Shown here: positions 34,319 through 64,000 of the stretch, one piece after another
Layout of the letters: every line of letters starts with the position of its first letter
Position numbering within the stretch: the first letter of the stretch is position 1
Notes under the pieces: generated by a model
Told to the model about the DNA's origin: nothing
Seen by the model: only the letters and a program-made list of their open reading frames with translations
Databases searched by the model: none
NCBI GenBank assembly: GCA_965203295.1
Contig: CBDBCZ010000017.1
Span: 992,001 to 1,056,000, forward strand
Reading direction: 5' to 3'
Source of the DNA: Nitrospirales bacterium
GTDB lineage: Bacteria; Nitrospirota; Nitrospiria; Nitrospirales; UBA8639
DNA: 64,000 nucleotides
Translations under genes and position numbers: made by a program

Positions 34319-37300
34319 ATGGCGGAGGTGGAGCTGAACCAGCGCCAGCAGGAGGCAGAGGAGACGGTGAGGTATGCCCAGGACGTCCTGGAGCTGCTCA
34401 CTTCCGAAGAGAAGCTGCAGGATGCCAGGTCGGTGCAGAGTGCGGGCCGATATACAGGAGGGAACCCCTCCCACCCCCCTCCCACGCCACGTGTGTGTTG
34501 GGTGCCTTTTATACATGTACATTGCACTGTTATAGAACTCATAATTTTTTGGTCAAGTATAAGCTTGAGATAATTATGGCAACAAATTCCAGGGGGGAGA
34601 GAGATCCCAGTGTGTCCCCCTTCCGCATGTGTGTTGGGATGTAAATTTGCACAGTTACAGTAAGAGAGAGCTAGAGAGGGAGACCTTCCCCCCCCCCCCC
34701 GAATTATAAAACCCAGTTGATGGTTCTCTCTGTGTCTCAGGTGGTCTGAGGAGATGGGAGGGGAGGAGAGGAGGGGAGGGGGGTACACTCTGTATGAAAA
34801 CCAGTTGATGGTTCTCTCTGTATCTCAGGTGGTCAGAGGAGACGATTGCCAAGGTTAGGCAGAAGGTAGACAAAGCGAAGGAGTCTGTGCACCGATCTGT
34901 GGAAGGTACGAGAGATGATTTTTGTATCATGCCCACAAGGTTAGCAGGCCACACTTTGGCCCATGTGGTAGTATAGGGATGTCTCTCGTCTCCTCTGCCC
35001 CATATCATCCCCACATCACCCCTTCTGTACCCACGTCTCCCCCTCTCTCCCCACATCTCCCCTCTGTCCCCACGTCTCCCCCTAACTCTCCACATCACCC
35101 CCTCTGTCCCAACGTATCCCCTCTCTCCCCACATCTCCCCTCTGTCCCCACGTCTCCCCCTCTCTCCCCACATCACCCCTTCTGTACCCACGTCTCCCCC
35201 TCTCTCCCCACATCTCCCCTCTGTCCCCACGTCTCCCCCTAACTCTCCACATCACCCCTTCTGTCCCCACGTCTCCCCCTCTGTCCCCACGTCTCCCCCT
35301 AACTCTCCACATCACCCCTTCTCTCCCCATATCTCCCCCTCTGTCCCAACGTATCCCCCTCTGTCCCCACATCATCCCATCTGTCCCCACGTCTCCCCCT
35401 AACTCTCCACATCTCCCCTCTGTCCCCACGTCTCCCCCTCTGTCCCCACATCACCCCATCTGTCCCCACGTCTCCCCCTAACTCTCCACATCACCCCCTC
35501 TGTCCCAACGTCTCCCCCTAACTCCCCACATCACCCCCTCTGTCCCAACGTATCCCCCTCTGTCCTCAAATCTCCCCCTCTGTCCTCAAATCTCCCCCTC
35601 TGTCCTCACGTCTCCCCTTCTGTACCCACATCTCCCCCTCTGTCCCCACATCTTCCCATCTGTCCCCCCCTCTGCTCATCTATCCTCATGTCCCTCCCCC
35701 CCCCCCCAACCACCACCAACCCAGGTCTGGGTGAACGGAAGCAGCAGCTGCAAGTTGAGCTGAGGAGCGAGTATTGCCAGGCCCTCCAGACCGACTCACC
35801 TGACGCACAGCCTGACACCAGATATCCTTTTACTCAGTCTGTATTGTGGAGCTGTACATGCAGCTATAAATGAAGTGCACCTGTACATGTATCTATAGGA
35901 GATTGATGCACAGTGCATGTATACATGTATGTACATGTACTTGCACTGTACATGTGGCCAAACTCCTTGAATAATGAGGACACTGTACATGAGTGGTATT
36001 AGTGGCCAAACTCCTTGAATAATGAGGACACTGTACATGAGTGGTATTAGTGGCCAAACTCCTTGAATAATGAGGACACTGTACATGTATATAAATAATA
36101 GCCAAACTCCTTGACTAATGAGGACACTGTACATGAGTACCGTAGTGGCCAAACTCCTTGAATAATGAGGACACTGTACATGAGTACCATAGTGGCCAAA
36201 CTCCTTGAATAATGAGGACACTGTACATGAGTAGTATTAGTGGCCAAACTCCTTGAATAATGAGGACACTGTACATGAGTACCGTAGTGGCCAAACTCCT
36301 TGAATAATGAGGACACTGTACATGAGTAGTATCAGTGGCCAAACTCCTTGAATAATGAGGACACTGTACATGAGTACCATAGTGGCCAAACTCCTAGAAC
36401 ATGTACCTGTATCTAATTGTACATGTGTTAAAATCCTTGTCTCTGGCTAAATTCAATATTGAGGACAGCATCACACTCTACATATGCCATACACATGTAC
36501 GTGTACTTCCCTTGTGTTCTCTCCTTGACTGCTGGTGACTGTGGTGAGGGAGGAGCTGAGTAGCATGCAGAGGCAAGTCAGGGAGAAGGAAGGAGACTGT
36601 CAGAAGCTGCAGAACGAACAAAAGAGGCTCGAGTTTCACAGGTCAGTGACGCCATCGTTTATTTTTTTGTATCTCGCTCAAAAGCAGCGCTAGCCTTGTT
36701 CCCAGGCTTCCGCACAGCTTCTGTTGCTTGCGCATATACATGTATAGCTCTATCATTTCTACGGTACAATATGTGATTGTTCAGCACTACAAAAATATGT
36801 ATTTACAGTGGAACCCCTCCAATATGGACACCTTGGGGGCCTGGTGAAGTGTCCTGTATAGAGAGGTGTCCTCATATCAGAAGTAAAGTTACATTAGCAA
36901 AGTGTCCTTTTACAGAGGTGTCCGTATATCTATCAGGGGTGTCCTCACGTATGTCTTACCGGTCTGCCCCTTTAGAAAACACCGCAAGATCCAGAAAAGA
37001 CTGGCCCACATTCAATTCGATCTCTCCTCTTCAGACAGCCACGTCAAGGGCTGTATCCTTCTATCCCCCAGGGTTGATTGTACTAGCTAGCAATGTTATG
37101 CGATTTCTGCTGGGAGTTAAGGGTTATGGGATACCGTTATGGCTTAAATGATTGATGTATACATGTATATGAACAGGGTTCTGCCCACACTGGTCGGCAG
37201 TGGTCAGGTCTAACCACCACTGAGCTTGTTTGACCACCACTCAGCCTTTTTGACCACCACTCAGCTAATGTTAACTCTATTTACAGTATTTTTAATATGA

Positions 37301-39012
37301 GAGAAAGTCCGTTTAGCTAAAAGAAGTGTCTTGGAGATTGAATTTTGACCACCACTCAACGTCTCCTAGGCAGAACCCTGTATATATGTACATACATCTC
37401 AGTAAGGCAATACAGAGTGAGTAATATTGAATGCCAAAACAATAAACAAGTGATAGTCTCAGCAAGGTTATACATATACACGAGTGATAGTCTTCGTAGT
37501 ATGTTTCAATTCACCATGACAAAATAATGGTTAGGTATTAGCACCTAGTTAAAACTCTTGCTCTAATTTCTTGCAACAAAGCTAAGGCATGCAATTAAAC
37601 GTGATATCACTTAATTATGTTGGTTTGGCTTCCAATATACATTCTTTAGCTTTTTCAGGGCCATGTTTCCTTCCAGGGAAAAATAGTATTTGGATGATTA
37701 CGGTAGAAGAAGGAAACTTTATTCAATGTTTCGACAGTACTTTGACTATCTTCATCAGGAATGATGCAAAGAATGGCACCTACGTATTTATATATGCCGG
37801 ATAGTCAAAGTACTGTCGAAACGTTGAATAAAGTTTCATTCCTCTACTGTTATTGTCCAAATACTATAGTAAACTACATTCTTTAGCTTAGTAGCTATTA
37901 CATTTCAGACCCGTACACACTGTGTGTTGACACATGCATTCCCGTGGGCCTGGTAAACATGTACAAGGCTGGTGCTCTCCCACTCCTCTAGGAATGTGTT
38001 AGCCTGGAACCCAGGCTCTGGGAAAAGCCTGGGTTCGACTTTTCTCGGAGCCTGGGTTCGACTTTTCTTGGAGCCTGGGTTTGACTTTTCTCGAAGCCTG
38101 GGTTTGACTTTTCTCGGAGCCTGGGTTCTAGGCTAGGAATGCGTAGCCACATGCCTAGTTCATGATGGAGTAGTAGCCTCGTTTCCAGGCTCCACTTCAC
38201 CTTCAAACAAAGTATTGAGATAAGGGTAGTGAAAGGAAGTATTACAAAAGTGTTTTAGCTGCTGTTGTTGCAAAGTGTCATATATGGTGATAAAAGCTGG
38301 GGTATACGCCGGGGAAAAATAACTAGCTCAGTATGCTTAGCTTTTGGCATGTTTTTAAAACAAATCTCAAGTTGTGTTTACAATTCTCTATTGCTTTGTT
38401 TGTGGCAAGAGTAGCATGCTTTTTGTCTCACATGGAAGCAAGTTTCAAGTGGTGTTCACAACACAGTTTTCTTGTGTGGACATATTGCATGAATGATTTT
38501 GGCTTCTTTCTCGCTCAAATTAGTGTTGTACCGAGGCCACATGGAACTGCATTTCTGCACTACTTGTGGTGCCAAAAGAGCTGTTTTTGGCTCAAATCAT
38601 CTTTGCAAATACACCTGCATTAGCTTCATTCCCATCCAGTTGCCGGTGACATGCTATATATTAGTGTGTGTGATACCATGCCCTTTGCCCTGGGGCAGAA
38701 ATTGTTACTATAGGGGGTTGCATCTCCTGTAGTTGTCAACACTGAAGAATCATTACCAAATTGAACCAGCCATGGGTGTTTGATTGTGCCCAGTTTCTAT
38801 ACCTTCTTCAGTTTGTTACCACAAAACTAGTAGATAGGGAGCTAAACAAATATTGTTGATTCCACAGCTATTTCCAAGCTTGAGTTTTTTTCTCCTTAAC
38901 TGTGACTTGTACAGACCTGAAGAAACCCAGTGGCGAGTTGCAGACGTTTGAGTTTGACTTCACTGAAGACTCTCCGTGCTATGTGTCTGACTTTTTGTGG
39001 GACAGCATTTGA
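34319..39012 (+). CDS. SPC24: Kinetochore protein Spc24 (NDC80 complex), 186 aa
   Basis: Exons 34319-34428, 34829-34905, 35725-35821, 36540-36641, 36976-37052, 38915-39012 (561 nt, in phase). Coiled-coil N-terminus; C-terminus ..AHIQFDLSSSDSHVKGY..QTFEFDFTEDSPCYVSDFLWDSI* matches the Spc24 globular domain (I.WD..VKG..ISDYLW). Confidence 0.85.
35000..35670. repeat. C-rich minisatellite (ccccacgtctccccctctgt)n in an SPC24 intron
   Basis: Degenerate ~20-bp units; source of several spurious ORFs. Confidence 0.9.
35822..36539 (+). other. U12-type AT-AC intron
   Basis: 5' ATATCCTTT, branch site TCCTTGAC at 36522-36529, terminal AC 10 nt downstream. Splicing keeps the frame. Confidence 0.9.
35945..36395. 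repeat. 48-bp tandem repeat (gtggccaaactccttgaataatgaggacactgtacatgagt..)x~9
   Basis: Read directly; lies inside the AT-AC intron. Confidence 0.95.
37053..38914 (+). other. U12-type GT-AG intron
   Basis: 5' GTATCCTT, branch site TTTCTCCTTAAC ending at 38900, AG at 38913-38914. Splicing keeps the frame. Confidence 0.9.
37683..37867. mobile_element. Inverted pair of Penelope-like element termini with a minimal hammerhead motif
   Basis: Minus strand reads attc-CTGATGA-a-gatagt-caaagt-actgtc-GAAAC-att-gaat-aaa. The plus copy has ..actgtcGAAACGTTgaataaa. Arms about 68 bp. Confidence 0.65.
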
Positions 39013-40039
39013 CGTTGTATTTATCAGCATCTTGGAGTATATTTTAGTCTCATGCCATATCACGTCACCAAACAGATGTCACAGTATCTATGTGGCCACA
39101 GATGTCATAGTATTACAGTATCTATGTGGCCACAGATGTCATAGTATTACAGTATCTATGTGGCCACTACTATGGATACTGCAACTGTGACATCTGTTTG
39201 GTGATGTAATACTATAATCAACCAATCACATTGCCAGTCCAGACCTGGGCCCGCTGATGTAATGCTAACCCAACTTTGAATCACCAGACCTACCCTTCTA
39301 ATGTGGGCCGGGGCTGTGCACAGGACTAGAAATAATCAACAACAATAGTCACTGACTGATATTAGCTCTATATAATTCAAAGGTTTTCCTCTACATTTAA
39401 GTGTAGGTTTCTGTATATATCCACACATCTTCCGATCCATTCACACACTTAATTCCTTTCAAACCTGCTTGTCTCCACTACATGTAAGCACTTGCTATTC
39501 CCTGCAAGGGCTAGTGGATGATGCATGCAGTCTTGGTTTGTACATGTATATAAGCATCCTGAGTTTCTGTACCTTGTGTTGTATTGTTGCATACTTTGAT
39601 AACTTTTTGAGCCACTACAATTTTAGAGCTGCAGGAGTGAATCAGTGAATGCCTTGTATGGGGACAGACATACATGTACCTGACAGCTTGATCAGATTAC
39701 TTACATGTATCTCATTCTCATTTCATAATATAAATTCCATAACTGGTCTTTTGACCAATCCATACACTCCCGGTCATTTTTAGGTGCACATATTCATTCA
39801 TTCATATACATGTACAGTATAGTCCAGGGTGTAGCCAACATAATTAACGAGGCAGACCTCATAACCCTTACACACACACAAAACTGAGCATTAGGACAGG
39901 GAGAGTGTATAATTACATGTATGAGGATGGATGACTTTACACAATCATGTATAAACCTATATAGAAAATTCAACTAACACAATAATACCAATCTGACAAA
40001 AAATGCAGTCTTACAACTACTATATACTCTAGTATGGTG

Positions 40040-40720
40040 TTACTGAATAGTAAACAGTCCAATGGCAGATAGTAGCACAGATGCAGCCACAGTAAATGCC
40101 GACATCACCAGCTTAGATCCATGGCCGCCGCTGAAGAGATGCACACATGGATCCTCAAGGCTGACCTGGCAGAATTCGTACAGGCTCTGCAGAGTGACGC
40201 CACCACCGCACGTCTGGAAAAATATAGTGTAGATAGTGGTCTGCGTACAGCACCCAAGCAGGGTAGTGAGCATTTCAAGCTGCGTAGCACATTCAGCTGA
40301 GCAGTTATCGGCTGTTGTGTTCACGGGACAGCATTCTGAAATTGCTTCTGTGGCAGTGTCATTTACGCTCTGATCAACTAGCGTATAGCATCTGGGATTT
40401 GGCCCCTGGGGGCCCCCGCAGATGCCCCCCCAAACCTCGTCAGCAGCAAGTTGGCTCTGACACTCCACGAAAGTGTCGTACCTCTCCCGCGTACCCGCTC
40501 CGGGGGTGCACAGAAAACCTTCCAAGGTGTCAAAGCCTGCTTCTTCGGCACAAACCAAAGGCCCGTTCAGACACATTGCCGCTACCGGGTTAAACAGACT
40601 TGATAATGTAGCACAGTCTGCTTCTTGTCGCTTGACGAGAGCGTCTTCCCGAGCCTCCCCGGTACAGAATACCAGCGTCACGACAAAGACTGCAACTAGT
40701 CTCATCTTCAGTACCTCCAT
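40040..40720 (-). CDS. Intronless secreted Cys-rich protein, probably GPI-anchored, 226 aa, uncharacterised
   Basis: Single ORF with a signal peptide (MRLVAVFVVTLVFCTGEA), a KR dibasic site, many Cys including CC pairs, N-glycosylation sequons, and a small-residue spacer before a hydrophobic C-terminal tail. Confidence 0.9.
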   Translation of the reverse strand: MEVLKMRLVAVFVVTLVFCTGEAREDALVKRQEADCATLSSLFNPVAAMCLNGPLVCAEEAGFDTLEGFLCTPGAGTRERYDTFVECQSQLAADEVWGGICGGPQGPNPRCYTLVDQSVNDTATEAISECCPVNTTADNCSAECATQLEMLTTLLGCCTQTTIYTIFFQTCGGGVTLQSLYEFCQVSLEDPCVHLFSGGHGSKLVMSAFTVAASVLLSAIGLFTIQ

Positions 40721-42617
40721 ATCTCGTATACGCGATTAGAAGTCCACACTATACTAGTATATATTAGGTAGCTGTGTGGTGTCATAGATCATTGCGATCG
40801 CGCGATCACGCGAGCATGGATATGGGATGTATATACATGTAATTATTGCATGGCGGCGATCCGTTCCGTTCCCACCTGTACCTATCAATTAGCTATACCG
40901 TATAGCGCTTAAATTTCGCGGGTCTTTAATTTCACGAATTTCGCGAATTTGGAACGATTCGCAAAATTATTTCAACAATTTTTTTTTACACTCAACGAAT
41001 TCGCGAAATTATTTCAACGAAACGTTCAAAAACGGCTATTCGCGAATTTTTAGACCCGCCAAATTAAGCGCTATACGGTATTGGAGATACCAGCAATTTT
41101 TGCATACGGAGGCTAAATTTCTAATTTGTATAATTAATAGCATGGCTTCGAGTGCAATTAGGGATTAATAGCACGAGTGAGTGGCATTAACTAGGTTTTA
41201 AATTGCACGAGGCGAAGCCGAGTGCTATTTGCCTAGTTGATGCCACTCACAAGTGCTATTAATTCCTATTTGCACGAGAAACCATGCTATTATTTGTTAA
41301 TCATGTAATTCGTCATCGAAAGGTAGGCGGGGCTTTTACAAGCTCGTCATCACCGACCCATACCTGCGAGAGAGACGAATCTCTATGCCGTTGCTCTACT
41401 AACGTTTCTATGCCCATAGGCCCGGGTTGCATAAATTTCTGGCCAATCAAATTGCTATTACAAATTTTGCACACTTATTGCCCAATAGTATCGCTATTTC
41501 AGTTTTGCACACCTTTGCGTACAAGAAAACATGATTTGAATACAAGAAAACACAAATACAAGATATATTGCACACTTGTCTATGTAGTTTTAGTACAGTA
41601 CAATAACAAGTACATGATTAGCTCATTAATCGTATCTTTAGCTGTAATAGGCCATGCATATGGACTACGACATCACTAACGTTAACCACTGTCTACTAGA
41701 TATGACTAGTCTCGTTCCCAGACCCTCCACGTGCGCCCCATCAAAAAAGTATAGGGAAAGGTAATGATATGACCAATCGATTTGTGTGGTGGCATTATTA
41801 CCACCACCATTACCATCAGAATCGCTATACCATGGTATCACTAACAAAAGGAACATCACATTAATCAGTCTGCCGGGACCAGTAGCTACACTCTTTTCAC
41901 AAGCTGCAAAGTAACCACAGAGGAGATCAATAGTTCTGTCGAAGAAAATTGTGAGAGAGCTAGCTAGAGGTGTCCTAATGCAGCATCCATCAGAATTGTA
42001 CAACTGCAGCAACAGAATTGTACAGTTCGACTCAGTGGACAGGATGTATCCACAATAGAAGTGCATGCAGGCTCTGCTTGTGTCACCAACTTACATTACA
42101 TTATTGCCACTCAGACTCGAGCACATGTACAGTCCACTGTTGGTTTACTTTCAGTGACCATTATATGATGCGATGGGGGGGGGGGGGGGGGTAAAAGGAG
42201 GCACTAAATGGAGAAAATACATGAAAGCGAGCATGTTTTGCACTCCCATGTCAATTTTTCAACATGAACCACAAAACATGCATGTTTCCATGTAAACATC
42301 TTAGTGTATCTTAGTATATAGCATCATGCATAATTCGCTTGGCAGTTCAGCCACAAGCATGTTGCTTACGATGCTAATACATACATCATATTATTGAAAG
42401 GAAAGAAGAACAAGAACAAGGTTGAGTTAAGACCTGGAGAGCTGTACAATACAAAATGACTCTGAGCACTGTGTACTACACACGATAATAGTATACAATA
42501 TGACAAAAATATACATGGACTAAAAGTCCACGGGTCAGTTTGATATATTAAAGAGAGAAGAATGAACATGCACACTGCAAATTAAAAAATTCAATGGCCA
42601 TACACACGGGGGAGTAG

Positions 42618-60952
<18,335 letters not shown>

Positions 60953-61039
60953 CTGGCAGGGGAGGGGAGGGGAGGGGAGGAGAGGAGATTGTAATGATCA
61001 TGACATTACAGTTACTTGCTTGATTTCTCTGGACAAACA

Positions 61040-61632
61040 TTGATTGACAGTGGTTCAAATTTAGCCTTACTCACAGCTTACAGTTCGATCATGTATACTT
61101 ACTGTACAGAGAAAAATAGTGGAGAGTAAATGGCTGGTTATATATTACATGTATATAATACCAGGCAGGCAGATTTTTATTCCAGAGGGAGAGGAGGAGA
61201 GGGGGGGGGAGGAGAGAATGTATGAAATTTAATGGGCAGCATGGTCTCTAGGGGGAGTAGTCTTAGGGGAGGTACATAGCTGTTGACACCTACAATCACT
61301 GGAACAACTCATTAGCACACAGGGATGGCCTTCTTGTCCAGTTACTTGTTTAATTTCTTTGGACAAGGATTCGAATTTGGCCTACAGCTTACTGTACAAA
61401 GAAAAAAAGTGGAGAGTAAATAGCTGGTACATTACATGTATATCATACTGGTCAGGCAGATTTTATTCCAGAGGGAGAGGAGGAGAGGGGGGGAGGGGAG
61501 AATGTTTGAAATTTAATGGGTAGCATGGTCTCTAGGGGGAGTAGTCTTAGGGGAGTATGCAGGTACATAGCTGTTGACACCTACAATCACTGGAACAGCT
61601 CATTAGCACACAGGGATGGCCTTCTTGTCCAA
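61040..61632. repeat. ~290-bp direct duplication
   Basis: Two copies of tactgtaca..cacagggatggccttcttgtcca. Confidence 0.85.
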
Positions 61633-61694
61633 ACAACAAATCCTCACAGGAGTTACCTAGTGGTCAATGCTTCCACCACATGCACAACATCAAC

Positions 61695-62340
61695 AGCTGT
61701 ACTCAATTACACAGCAGCATAGGAATGTGAGGATAACTCTAGAGAATAACAACTCTCATGTACACTCATTGCAGTGTTAGAACCACTGAGAAAGAATATC
61801 AGCAGCACATGTACATATAGCGTATACTCAACTACAGTGTGGCACAGGAAAGCGAGAATAAACTTTAGAGAATAACAACTCGTATGTACACTCACTGCAG
61901 TAATAGCTAGAAACACTGAGAAAGAATATCAGCAGCACATGTACATATACAGTAGCTGTATACTCAACTACAGTGTGGCACAGGAATGTGAGGATAACTC
62001 TAGAGAATAACAACTCATATGTACACTCACTGCAGTGTTAGAAACACTGAGAAAGAATATCAGCAGCACATGTACACATATAGCTGTATACTCAACTACA
62101 GTGTGGCACAGGAATGCGAGAATAAACTTTAGATAATAACAACTCATATGTACACTCACTGCAGTGTTAGAAACACTGAGAAAGAATATCAGCAGCACAT
62201 GTACACATATAGCTGTATACTCAACTACAGTGTGGCACAGGAATGCGAGAATAAACTTTAGAGAATAACAACTCGTGTACACTCACTGCAGTGATAGCAC
62301 AGAGGGGGAATATCAGCAGCATATATAGCTGTACTCAATC
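61695..62340. repeat. ~126-135-bp tandem repeat x5
   Basis: gagaataacaactc..gaaagaatatcagcagcaca..tactcaactacagtgtggcacagga units. Confidence 0.9.
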
Positions 62341-63419
62341 ACAGTATACATGTAGCTCGAGTCTTACAAATTGTGCTGCAACTACAGTGGAGCTCTCTGA
62401 AAGGACACCACTGAAATAAAGACACTCCTGTATTAACGACACTGTGTTGTGTCCCAAATACGCTTTCTTAATCCCTGAAATGAGGACACCCCTCCATACA
62501 GAACACTTACCAGGTCCCAAGGTGTCCACATTAGATAGGTTCCATGGACTGTATACTTATACAAGTACAATGGCCCAGATCTACTGCTGTTGTTACACAG
62601 GAATGCGAGGATAAACTTTAGAGAATAACAACCACTCTCTTGCAGTGATGGAACCACTGCAAGAGAATAATAACATCACCACGTAGCTCTACTCCAGCCT
62701 CGTTCCCAGGCTCCACCCCCCCAACACGGTGCGATAAAAGCTGCATGGTGGGTGGAGCCTGGGAGCGAGGCTAGCTCTACTCAGATACAGACCAACTCTG
62801 CTGCTATTGTCGTCACACAGAAAAGAATGTCACCACTTTTCTTTGGTACTTGCCAAATTTTCCCAATATATTGTACTCTGGTCTCTCAATGAAAGACAAT
62901 ACTAGGTGTCCCATGCCCATTGTTTTTCAATAGTTCATCATGAAACCACTGTGGAACAAAACACGCAAAATTTGACTGGAGTTATTCCGCATTGGCACTG
63001 GATTTGACCAGTAACCTTGGCAACGAGTTTAAATAGCCACTACACACGTTGTTTTGTATAACTGCACCCTCGGAATCACTGTCTTGTTTATTCAACCATA
63101 CAACAGTAGTTTCACTCATGGGATTTTCCCCCACGCAGAAAGTGGAAGTAGTAATAGTCCCTTATTGCCGAGTGCAGCGAGGCCAATAATTGCGTGGGCT
63201 CAACAATCTCAGCTAGCATTTGTATATATGTCTATAAACTTTGTTCCACCCCCCCCCCCCCCCCCCCCTCCCCCGAGCTTCAGGGGCAAGGCACGTGTTC
63301 AAAATGGCGTCACTGGCTGTGTCTTGGTTGACGTCTTTGAAGTCGTGGCAGTCAAAGAGTCAGATGTCTGGACAAATTTGTCATGTAGTTTGATCAAGGG
63401 GGGTTTACTACAGCTGCCG

Positions 63420-63690
63420 GATTAGTAGAGTTTGTGTACCTGTACTGTAAGCTGTATGAGCACTGAGACGGACAACATGATTGCAAGATGCCAAAAGCCA
63501 GGGTTAGTAGATTTTGTGTAGCCGTACTGTAAGCCGTACTGTAAGCTGAGATATGAGCGCTGGAGACAGACGACATGATCGCAAGATGCCAAAAGCCAGG
63601 GTTAGTAGATTTTGTGTAGACATACTGTAAGCCGTACTGTAAGCTGAGATATGAGCGCTGGAGACAGATGACACGATCACAAGATGCCAA
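63420..63690. repeat. ~80-100-bp tandem repeat x3
   Basis: ttagtagattttgtgta..gtactgtaagctg..gcaagatgccaa units. Confidence 0.85.
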
Positions 63691-64000
63691 CAGCCAGCAT
63701 GCATTGTGGCTCTCTGCTCTTCCGTTTTCACCTTTGTAACGTTTGCTTCCCACGTAGACAGAGCAAGGGGCAGAATCTGCAAAGAGGCAGACTGCACTGT
63801 AATGACGAGTGCCTGACCAAATTTAGCCTTGCTCAAAAGCAACTGACTCTCTTCAAAGTTTTACAAAACCTGTTTTGAGAAATATTCGCTGTTGACACTT
63901 CCTTCTGGCTTGGGCAATATGGATTAGCCTCATCCTAGCAAGTGATCAGTGTAAGCTAGCTGTGTTACGCCAGGAGCATATTGCTGGCACTCATAAGCTG

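Noticed and set aside
35945..36395. CRISPR-like regularly spaced repeats (also 50758-51270 and 3575-3955)
   Set aside because: Spacers are identical or nearly so, there are no cas genes, and the context is a eukaryotic intron. These are ordinary tandem repeats.
63054..63878. Candidate upstream IQGAP-like exon (AYEYLCHLEEAK type) or other gene
   Set aside because: No such motif seen. The ORFs overlap tandem repeats and lack recognisable domains, so the 5' exon is probably outside the window.

Overview
Eukaryotic, intron-rich animal genomic DNA with spliceosomal introns, TTAGGG repeats and dense MITEs and microsatellites. The style suggests a sponge or other non-bilaterian invertebrate, which is an inference. 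Genes were reconstructed by hand from splice sites and reading phase. They are: two tandem minus-strand synaptotagmin-like C2 genes with Cys-rich, TM-less N-termini (496-6719, truncated at the window edge; 14320-19524); a small twin-CX9C (CMC-like) gene (20161-24114) preceded by the end of another small ORF; SPC24 on the plus strand with two U12-type introns, one AT-AC and one GT-AG (34319-39012); an intronless Cys-rich, probably GPI-anchored orphan (40040-40720); and a large minus-strand gene with an unusual IQGAP-type CH + IQGAP-repeat + SH2 + SH2 + SAM architecture (42618 to beyond 60952). The most striking observations are a possible spliced polycistronic transcript (small ORF, then CX9C protein, then synaptotagmin-like protein), the IQGAP/SH2/SAM chimera, and the double minor-intron SPC24. 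Most ORF-track entries are repeat artefacts. All gene models are predictions without transcript evidence.
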